DNA of 64,000 nucleotides from Escherichia coli 042 (GTDB lineage Bacteria; Pseudomonadota; Gammaproteobacteria; Enterobacterales; Enterobacteriaceae): NCBI RefSeq assembly GCF_000027125.1, contig NC_017627.1; one strand, 5' to 3'. Shown piece by piece: positions 53,891 to 64,000 of this stretch (position 1 is its first letter; each line of letters starts with the position of its first letter). The notes under the pieces were generated by a model. It saw only the letters and a program-made list of their open reading frames with translations, ran no database searches and was not told where the DNA came from. The position numbers and the translations under genes were made by a program.

Positions 53891-54393
53891 CCGAGGCCAA
53901 TATGCGGGTGCGCGACGTCGTGCGCCTGGGACGCATTCCCCACCACTCTCCGTTCTCAAACTGGAGCGCTCAGGATGACGAAGCGATTGCCGCCGCGCTG
54001 CAGCGGGTAGCGATGCTGGAGAAAAGCGAACAGGGATGGTTAAGCCTCTCCGGCGGCGAGCGGCAGCGGGTGCATATCGCCCGCGCGCTGGCGCAGAGCC
54101 CGAGCGAAATCCTGCTGGATGAGCCGACCAACCATCTGGATATACACCATCAGATGCAGTTAATGCAGTTGATCAGCGAGCTGCCGGTAACCAGCATTGT
54201 GGCCATTCACGATCTTAACCATGCCGCGATGTTCTGCGATTCGCTGATCGTGATGCAGCAGGGGCAGATCCTCGCCAGCGGGACGCCGGAGGAGATTTTG
54301 TCCGAAGCGCTGCTGTGGGACGTTTTCCGGGTGAAAACCAAAATCGAGATCTCCCCTTACCACGGCAAAAAGCACATTCATTTCATCGTTTAG
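53887..54393 (+). pseudogene. ABC transporter ATPase, C-terminal fragment (lacks Walker A)
   Basis: Contains ABC signature LSGGERQRV and Walker B ILLDEPT but no N-terminal P-loop. Confidence 0.6.
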
Positions 54394-54404
54394 GTTGGGC
54401 GGAT

Positions 54405-55637
54405 ATGCCTCTTTTCTCCCTGCGCCCTGCGGCAATCCTCTGGCCTCCGGTGTTACTGGGAAGCCAGTTCGTTTTTAATATTGGCTTTTACGCGGTCGTT
54501 CCTTTCCTCGCCCTCTTCCTGCGCGACGACATGCTGCTCTCCGGCGGACTTATCGGCCTGATCCTCGGGCTGCGTACCTTCTCCCAACAGGGGATGTTTA
54601 TCCTCGGCGGGACGCTGGCCGACCGCTATGGCGCTAAGGCGATCATTCTCGCCGGCTGCGTCGTTCGCGTCGCCGGTTTTCTCCTGCTGGCGTGCGGGGC
54701 GTCGCTGTGGCCCATTATCCTTGGCGCCTGCCTGACCGGCGTCGGCGGCGCCCTGTTCTCCCCGTCGATAGAGGCCCTGCTGGCGCGGGCCGGTACCCAC
54801 AGCCAGGCCAACGGGAAACGCAGCCGCGCCGAGTGGTTTGCGCTGTTTGCGGTATGCGGTGAACTGGGAGCGGTGATCGGCCCGGTGGCCGGAGGCGTGC
54901 TGAGCGGGATCGGCTTTCGGCATATCGCCCTCGCCGGCGCGGGAATATTTCTTCTGGCGCTGGCGGTGCTCTTTTTCGGTCTGCCCGCCGACGGGCACAC
55001 GACAACAACGCGCAGACGAGTCCCATGGTGGACGCCTTTGCGCCAGCCGCGCTTTGTCGCGTTTATTCTCGCCTACAGCTCATGGCTGTTGAGCTATAAC
55101 CAACTGTACCTCACCCTGCCGGTGGAGATCCAACGTTCCGGCGGCCGCGAGCAGGATCTGGCGCCGCTCTTTATGCTGGCCTCGCTGTTGATTATCACCC
55201 TCCAGCTCCCTCTCGCCCGCTTCGCCCGGCGAATGGGCGCCGTGCGCATCCTGCCGGTGGGCTTTCTGCTGCTGTCGGCTTCCTTTGCCAGCGTGGCGTT
55301 ATTTGCCGCCGCCCCACCCGCCGAAAGTTGGCTGCGGTTAATGCCGGCGGCTGGTTTTGTCACGCTGCTCACCCTCGGCCAGATGCTGTTAGTGCCCGCA
55401 GCCAAGGATCTGATCCCGCTGTTCGCCGAGGAGTCGACGCTGGGCGCCCACTACGGAGCGCTCGCCACCGCAGGAGGGTGCGCGGTGTTAGCCGGGAATT
55501 TACTGCTCGGTCATTTACTTGACCAGGCGCTCATTCCGTCGCCGCAGGCGGTTTATCCCTGGCTTCTGCTGGCGCTGTTTCCGCTGTGCAGCGCCGTCGC
55601 CCTGCGGGCGATCTGTCGCCCGCTGGCGGCAACATGA
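54405..55637 (+). CDS. MFS-family transporter
   Basis: About 410 aa from MPLFSLRPAAIL, multiple hydrophobic helices; GC-rich. Confidence 0.75.
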   Translation: MPLFSLRPAAILWPPVLLGSQFVFNIGFYAVVPFLALFLRDDMLLSGGLIGLILGLRTFSQQGMFILGGTLADRYGAKAIILAGCVVRVAGFLLLACGASLWPIILGACLTGVGGALFSPSIEALLARAGTHSQANGKRSRAEWFALFAVCGELGAVIGPVAGGVLSGIGFRHIALAGAGIFLLALAVLFFGLPADGHTTTTRRRVPWWTPLRQPRFVAFILAYSSWLLSYNQLYLTLPVEIQRSGGREQDLAPLFMLASLLIITLQLPLARFARRMGAVRILPVGFLLLSASFASVALFAAAPPAESWLRLMPAAGFVTLLTLGQMLLVPAAKDLIPLFAEESTLGAHYGALATAGGCAVLAGNLLLGHLLDQALIPSPQAVYPWLLLALFPLCSAVALRAICRPLAAT

Positions 55638-55714
55638 CGCAGAGCGGGTAACAGCCCGCTCTGGAAGTGAACAGCTAGTATCCATATTTTTAGCTAATCC
55701 TTTAGCAAAGATCC

Positions 55715-55990
55715 TCAGCCCTGTTTAAACCCCGGCTTGCCGTTTTTGGCTCGCCATTCCTTCACTTCTTTTACGATACCTTCAGGACTGTCCTCACGGT
55801 CATCCCTTGGATAATAAATAAGATCAGAACCATCAGGGTGTTCAGCTAATCGACGAAATTCATCCACTAATTTATCGTCATCAGCCTCAGTTTCACCTTC
55901 AGCCCGGCAGATTTTTCTGACGAACTCCAGTTCAGTTGATATTCTCTCGCCAAAGCAGCTGGGGCTGGATATAGGTTTGGAGTATTTCAA
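55715..55990 (-). CDS. DNase-colicin (E2-type) immunity protein homolog, N-terminus altered; no cognate colicin gene
   Basis: C-terminal 70 aa ...FVRKICRAEGETEADDDKLVDEFRRLAEHPDGSDLIYYPRDDREDSPEGIVKEVKEWRAKNGKPGFKQG resemble Im2; apparent TTG start and unrelated first ~18 codons. Confidence 0.65.
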   Translation of the reverse strand: MKYSKPISSPSCFGERISTELEFVRKICRAEGETEADDDKLVDEFRRLAEHPDGSDLIYYPRDDREDSPEGIVKEVKEWRAKNGKPGFKQG

Positions 55991-56348
55991 ATACCTGGAA
56001 GATCAATTTTGTGCGGCAGCTTTTAATTTTCTACGCAATGCTGATATGACTCAAAACGATGTGAAAGATACAGAGTCAGCTTATCGTGGATGGCTGGAGA
56101 TTGACGAAGAAGATCTTGAGTAAAGCTCGATAATTCTTCTGACGTTATAACTAACGGATGTCGCGTAAGCGAGCCTTCAGGGCCGCTTACGAGCGAGTAT
56201 GACAGACGTATAGGGTTTCTTCATGTTCTCAGTTTTTGAATTGTCAATTCTACTAGTTCAACTCAATACTCTTAGCATGGGAGAAATTTCATTTCTCCAG
56301 GCGGCTCCCAAACCGTGATTCCTGGTAAGCCCGCATCAAGCCGGGCAC

Positions 56349-56648
56349 TCAAAGAATGAATCGGGGATTCTGACGCTGGCCTACAACCGCCAGGATATTG
56401 ACACGACGGGCCTTATCATTCACTTCATAAAGTACATGCTGCCCAAGTAAGCTAATACGGCGAACCCCTTCGCCATAGCGTTCATCTGTTTCATACAGCC
56501 TGGGGTAATCTGCCAGACGATCGGTTGCAGTGATCAGACGCTCTGTCACGTTCCTTGCATCCCAAAGAGATGCATTCTCGGCCAGATATTCAAACAACGC
56601 CGTTATATCCTCAATCGCACCTGGTCGCCATTCTATTTCATAACTCAT
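56349..56648 (-). CDS. ParE/RelE-family type II toxin
   Basis: 99 aa; overlaps upstream antitoxin ORF by 11 bp. Confidence 0.75.
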   Translation of the reverse strand: MSYEIEWRPGAIEDITALFEYLAENASLWDARNVTERLITATDRLADYPRLYETDERYGEGVRRISLLGQHVLYEVNDKARRVNILAVVGQRQNPRFIL

Positions 56649-56901
56649 TGCGCAGTTCCTGATAACGTCCCTGTAGTTGCTGGCGCAGTTGCACGGAACT
56701 CATTCCCGGCCGCTTATCGGCGCGAGCAGCGGCAACTTTCGCTCGGATCTGTTCGTCGTATTCCGCCCGTGCCAGTTCTTCATTAGCGAGGCGTTGCAAT
56801 AGTGCAGACTTGTCTGTACTGCCTTCTGGAAAAATACGAGGCAGGCTTTCGGCCAGCTCGCGCAGGAAATTGGCGTTTTCGTAATGTGTGGTGCTATTCA
56901 T
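56638..56901 (-). CDS. Cognate antitoxin (ParD-like)
   Basis: 87-aa ORF immediately upstream and overlapping the toxin gene. Confidence 0.6.
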   Translation of the reverse strand: MNSTTHYENANFLRELAESLPRIFPEGSTDKSALLQRLANEELARAEYDEQIRAKVAAARADKRPGMSSVQLRQQLQGRYQELRNEL

Positions 56902-57599
56902 AATTGACTCCCCCTTTCATTCAATAAAGGGCAATTGCAGGTTTTTTGATGCCGCACGCATGGGTATAACGAGTCAGAGTATCGATATTCGCCCCGGTGA
57001 TATTGTTTCACAGGCAGGCGATAACCGGATGCATAATGCTCATTTGCCTGGCAATCTGCGTGTTGTCAGGTTTTATGCAGAGTATATAACCTTTCAGACA
57101 CAGCCACCAACATATGCTTATGCCGCTCCAGCGGCATGTAAGGCGGCACGCTGTGGTTACATGTGATACCGGAGTAAAACCGCCGAAGCCCGGCGTAAGC
57201 CGGTACTGATTGATAGATTTCACCTTACCCATCCCCAGCCCTGCTAAGCCATACCCGTTTTCAGCCATGATAGAGCTTCTGTGCGCGGTCGGAGTGGTCC
57301 CGACGAGGGTTTACCCGAAGTCGGGGCGTATCTCCGCGTTAGCGGGCCGTCAGGGCCGCTTACGAGCGTGTACTCAATACTTCCAGCGAGAAGACTGACA
57401 GCGGTGACGGAGTATAGTTACAACATTCATAATTAAAAGCGATGTTGTTCCCGCCCTTCGGGCGGGGCGGCGGCGCTTTTCAGTTATGAGGGAGGGGCTT
57501 TGTGGTTTCAGTTCTGCGCGGGACCGGGGTTTTTTCTGGTGGTTGTGTTTGTGTGTTGTAACTAAAGTGGCTCCGGTCGGGGCCCGCCGCTTGCGGTGG

Positions 57600-57900
57600 G
57601 AGGTGCATATCTGTCTGTCCACAGGACAGGCACTGAATAAGTTTTCTTTTTAAATGAATGTAATTAAGTAGTTTAAAGGAGATATAAACAGGTGTTTAAA
57701 AGATACATTGCACCCTGTAAGGCTGGCGGCTGGCGCTTTATGACATGAACGGTTGTAACCTTATGGGGAAGTCCCTTGCAGTTTAATGTGGATAAGCAAA
57801 ATTCCCCGTCAGTGAGGCGTGTTTTGTATCGAAAACAGGGGGGACCGGATGCACCAGAAGCTGGATGATGAGATTGTTTTTTGTATGTGGCGCTGTTTTT
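57600..57900. promoter_or_regulatory. oriR: IncFII oriR (vegetative origin) region downstream of repA1
   Basis: DnaA-box-like tgtggataa at 57787-57795 with AT-rich flank, about 180 bp downstream of repA1 stop. Confidence 0.5.
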
Positions 57901-57970
57901 TTGTTCACTGGCGGGCTTCAGACGTGCGGATGCCTCCGGCGCGTGCCGGATTATTCTGAGGAGGTCACTT

Positions 57971-58828
57971 TCAGGGGGAAGCTGTGGCCAGCCGGCTGTA
58001 ATTACGGTTACGTGACAGAATCATGCGCTCCTTCACACGACGCTCCACTTCGCGTTTTACCGCCTCACGACTGGCAGTAAAGCGCCCTTCCGAGATTTCA
58101 CGCGTCAGCTGCCGTTTCACCAGGGTGACGATATCCTGACGTTCCCTGTTCGCATCACGACGCGCACGCGCACGCTTTATTCCCCGGGACTTAAGCTCTG
58201 TCTGGTAACTGCGGAAACGCTCACGGACAAAACGCCAGGCTTTCGCTATCAGTTCATCCATACCCAGGGTATCCAGCCCCTGCTTTTTGCGCTGTCTGTT
58301 TTCCCATTCAACACGACTGCGGCGCGCAGCTGCCACTGCATCCTCAGACACATCAAGGGCGGCAAACAGCGCCAGTGTGAACGTGATATCGGTCGGAATG
58401 TAGCACCCGATAAGCGGGTCATATTCCGTCTGGTAGGTAATCAGTCCCAGCTCTGACAGGAACGTCAGGGCCCGGGTGGCCCGGGTGATGGAGAGTTTTC
58501 CTGCACCGGACTCTGTCGCCAGTCCGCACTCAATGGCCAGTGTGGTGATGGAACACTGGACGCGGTTGGCCAGCGGGTCATAGTGGAAACACAGCCCCTG
58601 CAGCAGCGCATCAATAGCCCGTCGACGCAGCACCGGTGGCATGCGCCGACGCAGACCACGGGAACGGGCATGCGCCACATGAATGGCGAAATCAAAACGG
58701 GAGGTGAAGCCCACCGCCTTTTCCATCAGTTTTTCGCAGAACTTCAGCGTTCCTGCACCTTCACGGGGTGTAAACACCGGATTCGGGTTCTTTACCTGGC
58801 GGTAATACGTTTGTTGAAGATCAGTCAC
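57971..58828 (-). CDS. repA1: RepA1 IncFII replication initiator
   Basis: GTG start at 58828 ([30 protein letters not shown]...), near-identical to R100 RepA1 from memory. Confidence 0.95.
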   Translation of the reverse strand: MTDLQQTYYRQVKNPNPVFTPREGAGTLKFCEKLMEKAVGFTSRFDFAIHVAHARSRGLRRRMPPVLRRRAIDALLQGLCFHYDPLANRVQCSITTLAIECGLATESGAGKLSITRATRALTFLSELGLITYQTEYDPLIGCYIPTDITFTLALFAALDVSEDAVAAARRSRVEWENRQRKKQGLDTLGMDELIAKAWRFVRERFRSYQTELKSRGIKRARARRDANRERQDIVTLVKRQLTREISEGRFTASREAVKREVERRVKERMILSRNRNYSRLATASP

Positions 58829-58895
58829 ACCATCCTGCACTTACAATGCGCAGAAGGAGTGAGCACAGAAAGAAGCCTTGAACTTTTCCGGGCAT
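58821..58895 (-). CDS. tap: Tap / RepA6 leader peptide translationally coupled to repA1
   Basis: 24-aa [27 protein letters not shown] overlapping the repA1 start. Confidence 0.7.
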   Translation of the reverse strand: MPGKVQGFFLCSLLLRIVSAGWCD

Positions 58896-58904
58896 ATAAC
58901 TATA

Positions 58905-58996
58905 CTCCCCGCATAGCTGAATTGTTGGCTATACGGTTTTTAGATGGCCCCGGTAATCTTTCATGTCGCCAAACTTGAAGAAGATTATCGGGGTTT
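58905..58996 (+). ncRNA. copA: CopA-like antisense RNA (ends approximate)
   Basis: Plus-strand stem-loop ccccggtaatcttt...aagattatcgggg followed by ttttcactttt, antisense to the repA leader. Confidence 0.5.
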
Positions 58997-59127
58997 TCAC
59001 TTTTCTGGCTCCTGTAAATCCACATCAGAACCAGTTCCCCGCCACCTTATGGCGTGGCCAGCCACAAAATTCCTTAAACGATCAGCAATCTATCACTCAC
59101 GCCTGAGATAAGCAAGAATGTGAATAC

Positions 59128-59385
59128 TCACAAAGCCACTCTGCGTTTCAGCTCTGATTCAATCAGTTTTTCAAGCATCTGCGCCTGGGTAATACCTTCC
59201 TCATCTGCCAGTTCACTCAGCCTGTCTTTTAAACGGGCCTGGATAACCGCATGAAAAGCCTTATGAGTGTTGCTTCTGCGAGCCAGAGAAGCCCTTTGCC
59301 TCTCTCTGGCCGGAACAGGGTTACCTTTCCGGTATGCACGCTTGGTGCCTGATGAGGAAGTCACTGCATTTTCTGTCTGCGACAT
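59128..59385 (-). CDS. repA2: RepA2 / CopB transcriptional repressor of repA1
   Basis: 85 aa [11 protein letters not shown]...[19 protein letters not shown], CopB-like. Confidence 0.9.
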   Translation of the reverse strand: MSQTENAVTSSSGTKRAYRKGNPVPARERQRASLARRSNTHKAFHAVIQARLKDRLSELADEEGITQAQMLEKLIESELKRRVAL

Positions 59386-59507
59386 CTCGCCTCCTCAATA
59401 CTTAAACAGGGATCGTTTCGCAGAGGATACTACAGTTTTTTGAAATCAGCGACTTGAGAATTGTGACGAAGATCTGTGTTGGCGCACAAATCATGTCTGT
59501 ATGAAAG

Positions 59508-60139
59508 AGCCTGTACATAGATTTGTGTAATTGCCTGATTTTGATATGTTCAATCCAGCATCAAATGAAGGTTAATTTATGGACGAAAAACAGTTACAGG
59601 CTCTGGCTAACGAACTGGCCAAAAACCTCAAAACCCCTGAAGACCTCAGTCAGTTTGATCGGCTGCTGAAAAAGCTCAGCGTTGAAGCCGCTCTCAATGC
59701 AGAGATGACACACCATCTTGGGTATGAGAAAAATCAGTCCAGACCAGGAGCTAATTCCCGCAACGGTTATTCCACAAAGACCGTTATCACAGGCGACGGT
59801 CCACTGGAACTGCGTACTCCGCGCGATCGTGACGGTACCTTCGAACCACAACTGGTAAAGAAAAATCAGACCCGTATTACCGGGATGGATAACCAGATCC
59901 TCTCGTTGTATGCCAAAGGGATGACCACCCGTGAGATAGCCGCTGCGTTCAAAGAACTGTATGACGCAGATGTTTCACCGGCACTGATATCAAAGGTTAC
60001 CGATGCCGTGATGGAGCAGGTTGTAGAATGGCAAAACCGACCACTGGATGCTGTTTACCCCATTGTTTATCTTGACTGTATCGTCCTGAAAGTTCGGCAG
60101 GACAGTCGCGTCATCAACAAATCGGTGTTCCTGGCACTG
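59508..60139 (+). mobile_element. IS256-family IS, 5-prime portion (transposase N-terminal 187 aa), truncated by IS629
   Basis: MDEKQLQALANELAKNL...NGYSTKTVITGDGPLELRTPRDRDGTFEPQLVKKNQTRI...LISKVTDAVMEQVVEWQNRPLD, IS256/mutator-type N-terminus. Confidence 0.6.
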
Positions 60140-61378
60140 TGAACCGCCCCGGGTTTCCTGGAGAGTGTTTTATCTGTGAACTCAGGCTGCCAGATCATTG
60201 TTTCCGATGGAAGCATAATAAGCTTTTTCTGCTTCTGCCGGAGGAGTATGGCCCAGCCTTTCCAGCAATCGTCGATTGTTATACCAGTCCACCCACGTGA
60301 GTGTGGCCAGTTCTACTTCTGCACGGTTTTTCCAGCTCTTACGGTGTATTACCTCCGCTTTGTAAAGACCATTGATGCTCTCCGCCATCGCGTTGTCATA
60401 CGAGTCGCCTGTACTTCCTGTTGATGCCAGTAATCCGGCTTCCTTAAGCCGCTGTGTGTAGGCCAGCGATACATACTGAGAACCTTTATCACTGTGATGG
60501 ACCGTGCCGGACGGTCGACGGGCCCATAACGCCTGCTCCAGTGCATCCAGCACGAATGTCGTTTCCATGGACGATGAGACCCGCCACCCCACGATGTATC
60601 CGGCAAACACATCAATGATGAACGCCACATAGACGAAGCCCTGCCATGTGCTGACGTAAGTAAAATCAGCCACCCACAGCTGGTCAGGTCGTTCTGCCAC
60701 GAACTGACGGTTTACGCGGTCGCCTGCGGCAACGGCTTTCCGGCTGATGGTCGTACGGACCTTTTTACCCCGGAGAACACCGGCAAGTCCCATAACCGCC
60801 ATGAGACGTGCCACAGTGCATCTGGCCACTCTGATACCTTCCCGTAACAACTGACGCCAGACTTTACGCACACCGTATACCTTGTGATTTTCATCGTATA
60901 CGCGCTGTATCTCTTTCTTCAGCCAGTTATCGCGCTGCGCACGGGCACTGCGTTTATCCGGATGATGTCGCTGTTGCTGACAGTGGTAATACGTTGACGG
61001 GGCAATATGCAGTTCGCTGCATAGCGGTCCGACCCCGTACTGCTCACGCAGCTTATCCAGCAGTGGCATCATTTTTTCCAGAGGCGGTCGAACTCCGCCT
61101 TCGCAAAATAAGCGGAAGCCTGGCGAAGAATATCGTTACTGCGGCGCAGTTCACGATTTTCACGTTCCAGCTCTTTCAGACGCTGACGTTCAGCGCTGGT
61201 GAGCCCACCATCACCGCCCCCGGTATCCCGCTCATGCTGGCGAACCCAGACACGCAGAGTCTCCGGCGTACAGCCAATCTTTGGGGCAATGGAACAAATT
61301 GCCGCCCACTGTGAGTCATATTCATCCTGACTTTCCAGAACCATACGAATCGCCCGCTGACGGACTTCGGGGGAAAAA
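60140..61378 (-). mobile_element. IS629 (IS3 family), copy 1, lacking about 70 bp of the orfA-proximal end
   Basis: Right terminus tgaaccgccccgggtttcctggagagtg at 60140; intact orfB 60182-61072; orfA start replaced by the terminus of copy 2. Confidence 0.85.
60182..61072 (-). CDS. IS629 OrfB transposase (DDE), copy 1
   Basis: 296 aa [31 protein letters not shown]... Confidence 0.9.
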   Translation of the reverse strand: MMPLLDKLREQYGVGPLCSELHIAPSTYYHCQQQRHHPDKRSARAQRDNWLKKEIQRVYDENHKVYGVRKVWRQLLREGIRVARCTVARLMAVMGLAGVLRGKKVRTTISRKAVAAGDRVNRQFVAERPDQLWVADFTYVSTWQGFVYVAFIIDVFAGYIVGWRVSSSMETTFVLDALEQALWARRPSGTVHHSDKGSQYVSLAYTQRLKEAGLLASTGSTGDSYDNAMAESINGLYKAEVIHRKSWKNRAEVELATLTWVDWYNNRRLLERLGHTPPAEAEKAYYASIGNNDLAA

Positions 61379-61420
61379 TGAACCGCCCCGGGTTTCCTGG
61401 AGAGTGTTTTATCTGTGAAC

Positions 61421-62311
61421 TCAGGCTGCCAGATCATCGTTTCCGATGGAAGCATAATAAGCTTTTTCTGCTTCTGCCGGAGGAGTATGGCCCAGCCTTC
61501 CCAGCAATCGTCGATTGTTATACCAGTCCACCCACGTTAGTGTGGCCAGTTCCACTTCTGCACGGTTTTTCCAGCTCTTACGGTGTATTACCTCCGCTTT
61601 GTAAAGACCATTGATGCTCTCAGCCATCGCGTTGTCATACGAGTCGCCTGTACTTCCTGTTGATGCCAGTAATCCGGCTTCCTTAAGCCGCTGTGTGTAG
61701 GCCAGCGATACATACTGAGAACCTTTATCACTGTGATGGACCGTGCCGGACGGTCGACGGGCCCATAACGCCTGCTCCAGTGCATCCAGCACGAATGTCG
61801 TTTCCATGGACGATGAGACCCGCCACCCCACGATGTATCCGGCAAACACATCAATGATGAACGCCACATAGACGAAGCCCTGCCATGTGCTGACGTAAGT
61901 AAAATCAGCCACCCACAGCTGGTCAGGTCGTTCTGCCACGAACTGACGGTTTACGCGGTCGCCTGCGGCAACGGCTTTCCGGCTGATGGTCGTACGGACC
62001 TTTTTACCCCGGAGAACACCGGCAAGTCCCATAACCGCCATGAGACGTGCCACAGTGCATCTGGCCACTCTGATACCTTCCCGTAACAACTGACGCCAGA
62101 CTTTACGCACACCGTATACCTTGTGATTTTCATCGTATACGCGCTGTATCTCTTTCTTCAGCCAGTCATCGCGCTGCGCACGGGCACTGCGTTTATCCGG
62201 ATGATGTCGCTGTTGCTGACAGTGGTAATACGTTGACGGGGCAATATGCAGTTCGCTGCATAGCGGTCCGACCCCGTACTGCTCACGCAGCTTATCCAGC
62301 AGTGGCATCAT
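61421..62311 (-). CDS. IS629 OrfB transposase, copy 2
   Basis: 296 aa, 3 aa differences from copy 1. Confidence 0.9.
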   Translation of the reverse strand: MMPLLDKLREQYGVGPLCSELHIAPSTYYHCQQQRHHPDKRSARAQRDDWLKKEIQRVYDENHKVYGVRKVWRQLLREGIRVARCTVARLMAVMGLAGVLRGKKVRTTISRKAVAAGDRVNRQFVAERPDQLWVADFTYVSTWQGFVYVAFIIDVFAGYIVGWRVSSSMETTFVLDALEQALWARRPSGTVHHSDKGSQYVSLAYTQRLKEAGLLASTGSTGDSYDNAMAESINGLYKAEVIHRKSWKNRAEVELATLTWVDWYNNRRLLGRLGHTPPAEAEKAYYASIGNDDLAA

Positions 62312-62634
62312 TTTTTCCAGAGACGGTCGAACTCCACCTTCGCAAAATAAGCGGAAGCCTGGCGAAGGATATCGTTACTGCGGCGCAGTTCACGATTTTC
62401 ACGTTCCAGCTCTTTCAGACGCTGACGTTCAGCGGTGGTGAGCCCACCATCACCGCCCCCGGTATCCCGCTCATGCTGGCGAACCCAGACACGCAGAGTC
62501 TCCGGCGTACAGCCAATCTTTGGAGCAATGGAACAAATTGTCGCCCATTGTGAGTCATATTCGCTCTGACTTTCCAGAACCATACGGACTGCCCGTTGAC
62601 GGACTTCGGGGGAAAAACGAGTATTTTTAGTCAT
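62308..62634 (-). CDS. IS629 OrfA
   Basis: 108 aa [23 protein letters not shown]... helix-turn-helix / leucine zipper. Confidence 0.9.
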   Translation of the reverse strand: MTKNTRFSPEVRQRAVRMVLESQSEYDSQWATICSIAPKIGCTPETLRVWVRQHERDTGGGDGGLTTAERQRLKELERENRELRRSNDILRQASAYFAKVEFDRLWKK

Positions 62635-62688
62635 CCTGTTTACCTCTTTCTCAGGGAGTTTAGTCTCCAGGATTCCCGGGGCGGTTCA

Positions 62689-63333
62689 TCGTATTGATGC
62701 CCAGTGCCAGGAACACCGATTTGTTGATGACGCGACTGTCCTGCCGAACTTTCAGGACGATACAGTCAAGATAAACAATGGGGTAAACAGCATCCAGTGG
62801 TCGGTTTTGCCATTCTACAACCTGCTCCATCACGGCATCGGTAACCTTTGATATCAGTGCCGGTGAAACATCTGCGTCATACAGTTCTTTGAACGCAGCG
62901 GCTATCTCACGGGTGGTCATCCCTTTGGCATACAACGAGAGGATCTGGTTATCCATCCCGGTAATACGGGTCTGATTTTTCTTTACCAGTTGTGGTTCGA
63001 AGGTACCGTCACGATCGCGCGGAGTACGCAGTTCCAGTGGACCGTCGCCTGTGATAACGGTCTTTGTGGAATAACCGTTGCGGGAATTAGCTCCTGGTCT
63101 GGACTGATTTTTCTCATACCCAAGATGGTGTGTCATCTCTGCATTGAGAGCGGCTTCAACGCTGAGCTTTTTCAGCAGCCGATCAAACTGACTGAGGTCT
63201 TCAGGGGTTTTGAGGTTTTTGGCCAGTTCGTTAGCCAGAGCCTGTAACTGTTTTTCGTCCATAAATTAACCTTCATTTGATGCTGGATTGAACATATCAA
63301 AATCAGGCAATTACACAAATCTATGTACAGGCT
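62689..63333 (-). mobile_element. IS256-family IS, 5-prime portion, inverted copy
   Basis: Reverse complement of 59508-60139 plus 13 extra bp at the IS629 junction. Confidence 0.6.
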
Positions 63334-63455
63334 CTTTCATACAGACATGATTTGTGCGCCAACACAGATCTTCGTCACAATTCTCAAGTCGCTGATTTCA
63401 AAAAACTGTAGTATCCTCTGCGAAACGATCCCTGTTTAAGTATTGAGGAGGCGAG

Positions 63456-63713
63456 ATGTCGCAGACAGAAAATGCAGTGACTTCCTCATCAGGCACCAAG
63501 CGTGCATACCGGAAAGGTAACCCTGTTCCGGCCAGAGAGAGGCAAAGGGCTTCTCTGGCTCGCAGAAGCAACACTCATAAGGCTTTTCATGCGGTTATCC
63601 AGGCCCGTTTAAAAGACAGGCTGAGTGAACTGGCAGATGAGGAAGGTATTACCCAGGCGCAGATGCTTGAAAAACTGATTGAATCAGAGCTGAAACGCAG
63701 AGTGGCTTTGTGA
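63456..63713 (+). CDS. repA2: RepA2 / CopB, second copy in inverted orientation
   Basis: Identical 85-aa protein; part of an inverted repeat of 58841-60139. Confidence 0.9.
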   Translation: MSQTENAVTSSSGTKRAYRKGNPVPARERQRASLARRSNTHKAFHAVIQARLKDRLSELADEEGITQAQMLEKLIESELKRRVAL

Positions 63714-63844
63714 GTATTCACATTCTTGCTTATCTCAGGCGTGAGTGATAGATTGCTGATCGTTTAAGGAATTTTGTGGCTGGCCACGCCATAAGGTGGC
63801 GGGGAACTGGTTCTGATGTGGATTTACAGGAGCCAGAAAAGTGA

Positions 63845-63936
63845 AAACCCCGATAATCTTCTTCAAGTTTGGCGACATGAAAGATTACCGGGGCCATCTA
63901 AAAACCGTATAGCCAACAATTCAGCTATGCGGGGAG
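63845..63936 (-). ncRNA. copA: CopA-like antisense RNA, second copy (mirror of 58905-58996)
   Basis: Coordinate mirror of the first copy within the inverted repeat. Confidence 0.45.
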
Positions 63937-63945
63937 TATAGTTAT

Positions 63946-64000
63946 ATGCCCGGAAAAGTTCAAGGCTTCTTTCTGTGCTCACTCCTTCTGCGCATTGTAA
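63946..64000 (+). CDS. tap: Tap leader peptide, second copy, truncated by window end
   Basis: atgcccggaaaagttcaaggcttc... runs to the window edge; a second repA1 may follow outside the window. Confidence 0.5.
   Translation, partial: MPGKVQGFFLCSLLLRIV

Larger units (their letters stand above)
61379..62688 (-). mobile_element. IS629 (IS3 family), copy 2, full length 1310 bp
   Basis: Both termini present; orfA 62308-62634 and orfB 61421-62311 overlap as for -1 frameshift. Confidence 0.9.

Noticed and set aside
55991-56130. DNase colicin gene expected immediately upstream of the immunity gene
   Set aside because: No frame on the immunity-gene strand encodes a colicin-like C-terminus; only an unrelated plus-strand ORF tail is present
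57865-58080. 71-aa plus-strand ORF overlapping the repA1 3-prime end and ori
   Set aside because: Antisense to repA1 and within the origin region; no support for coding

Overview
This window is most of the backbone of an F-type (IncFII, R100/R1-like) conjugative plasmid. On the minus strand, 1.2-34.0 kb is a complete tra operon (finO, traX, traI, traD, traT, traS, traG, traH ... traA, traY, traJ, traM), followed by oriT (nic site about 34341/34342) and a leading region (34.4-49.9 kb). The leading region carries orf169, a hok/mok-like toxin, psiA, psiB, a ParB-like gene, ssb, a KlcA/ArdB-like anti-restriction gene and two orphan adenine-methyltransferase-like genes, punctuated by three copies of a ~0.5-0.6 kb Frpo-like repeat and a fourth unrelated long hairpin. 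Downstream are parMRC, a decayed GC-rich cargo segment (resolvase and IS3-family remnants, an iron-type ABC transporter with an internal deletion, an MFS transporter, an N-terminally altered DNase-colicin immunity gene, a ParE/RelE-like toxin-antitoxin pair), then the oriR/repA1/tap/copA/copB replicon. The window ends in tandem IS629 copies flanked by an inverted duplication of copB plus IS256-family fragments. The most interesting candidates for undescribed function are two AT-rich membrane-protein ORFs inserted in the tra operon (traT/traD and traU/trbC junctions), the unannotated gene blocks behind the ssDNA-promoter-like elements in the leading region, and an expanded QQP repeat in TraD. 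All calls come from reading the sequence and recalling reference protein sequences; no database search was run.
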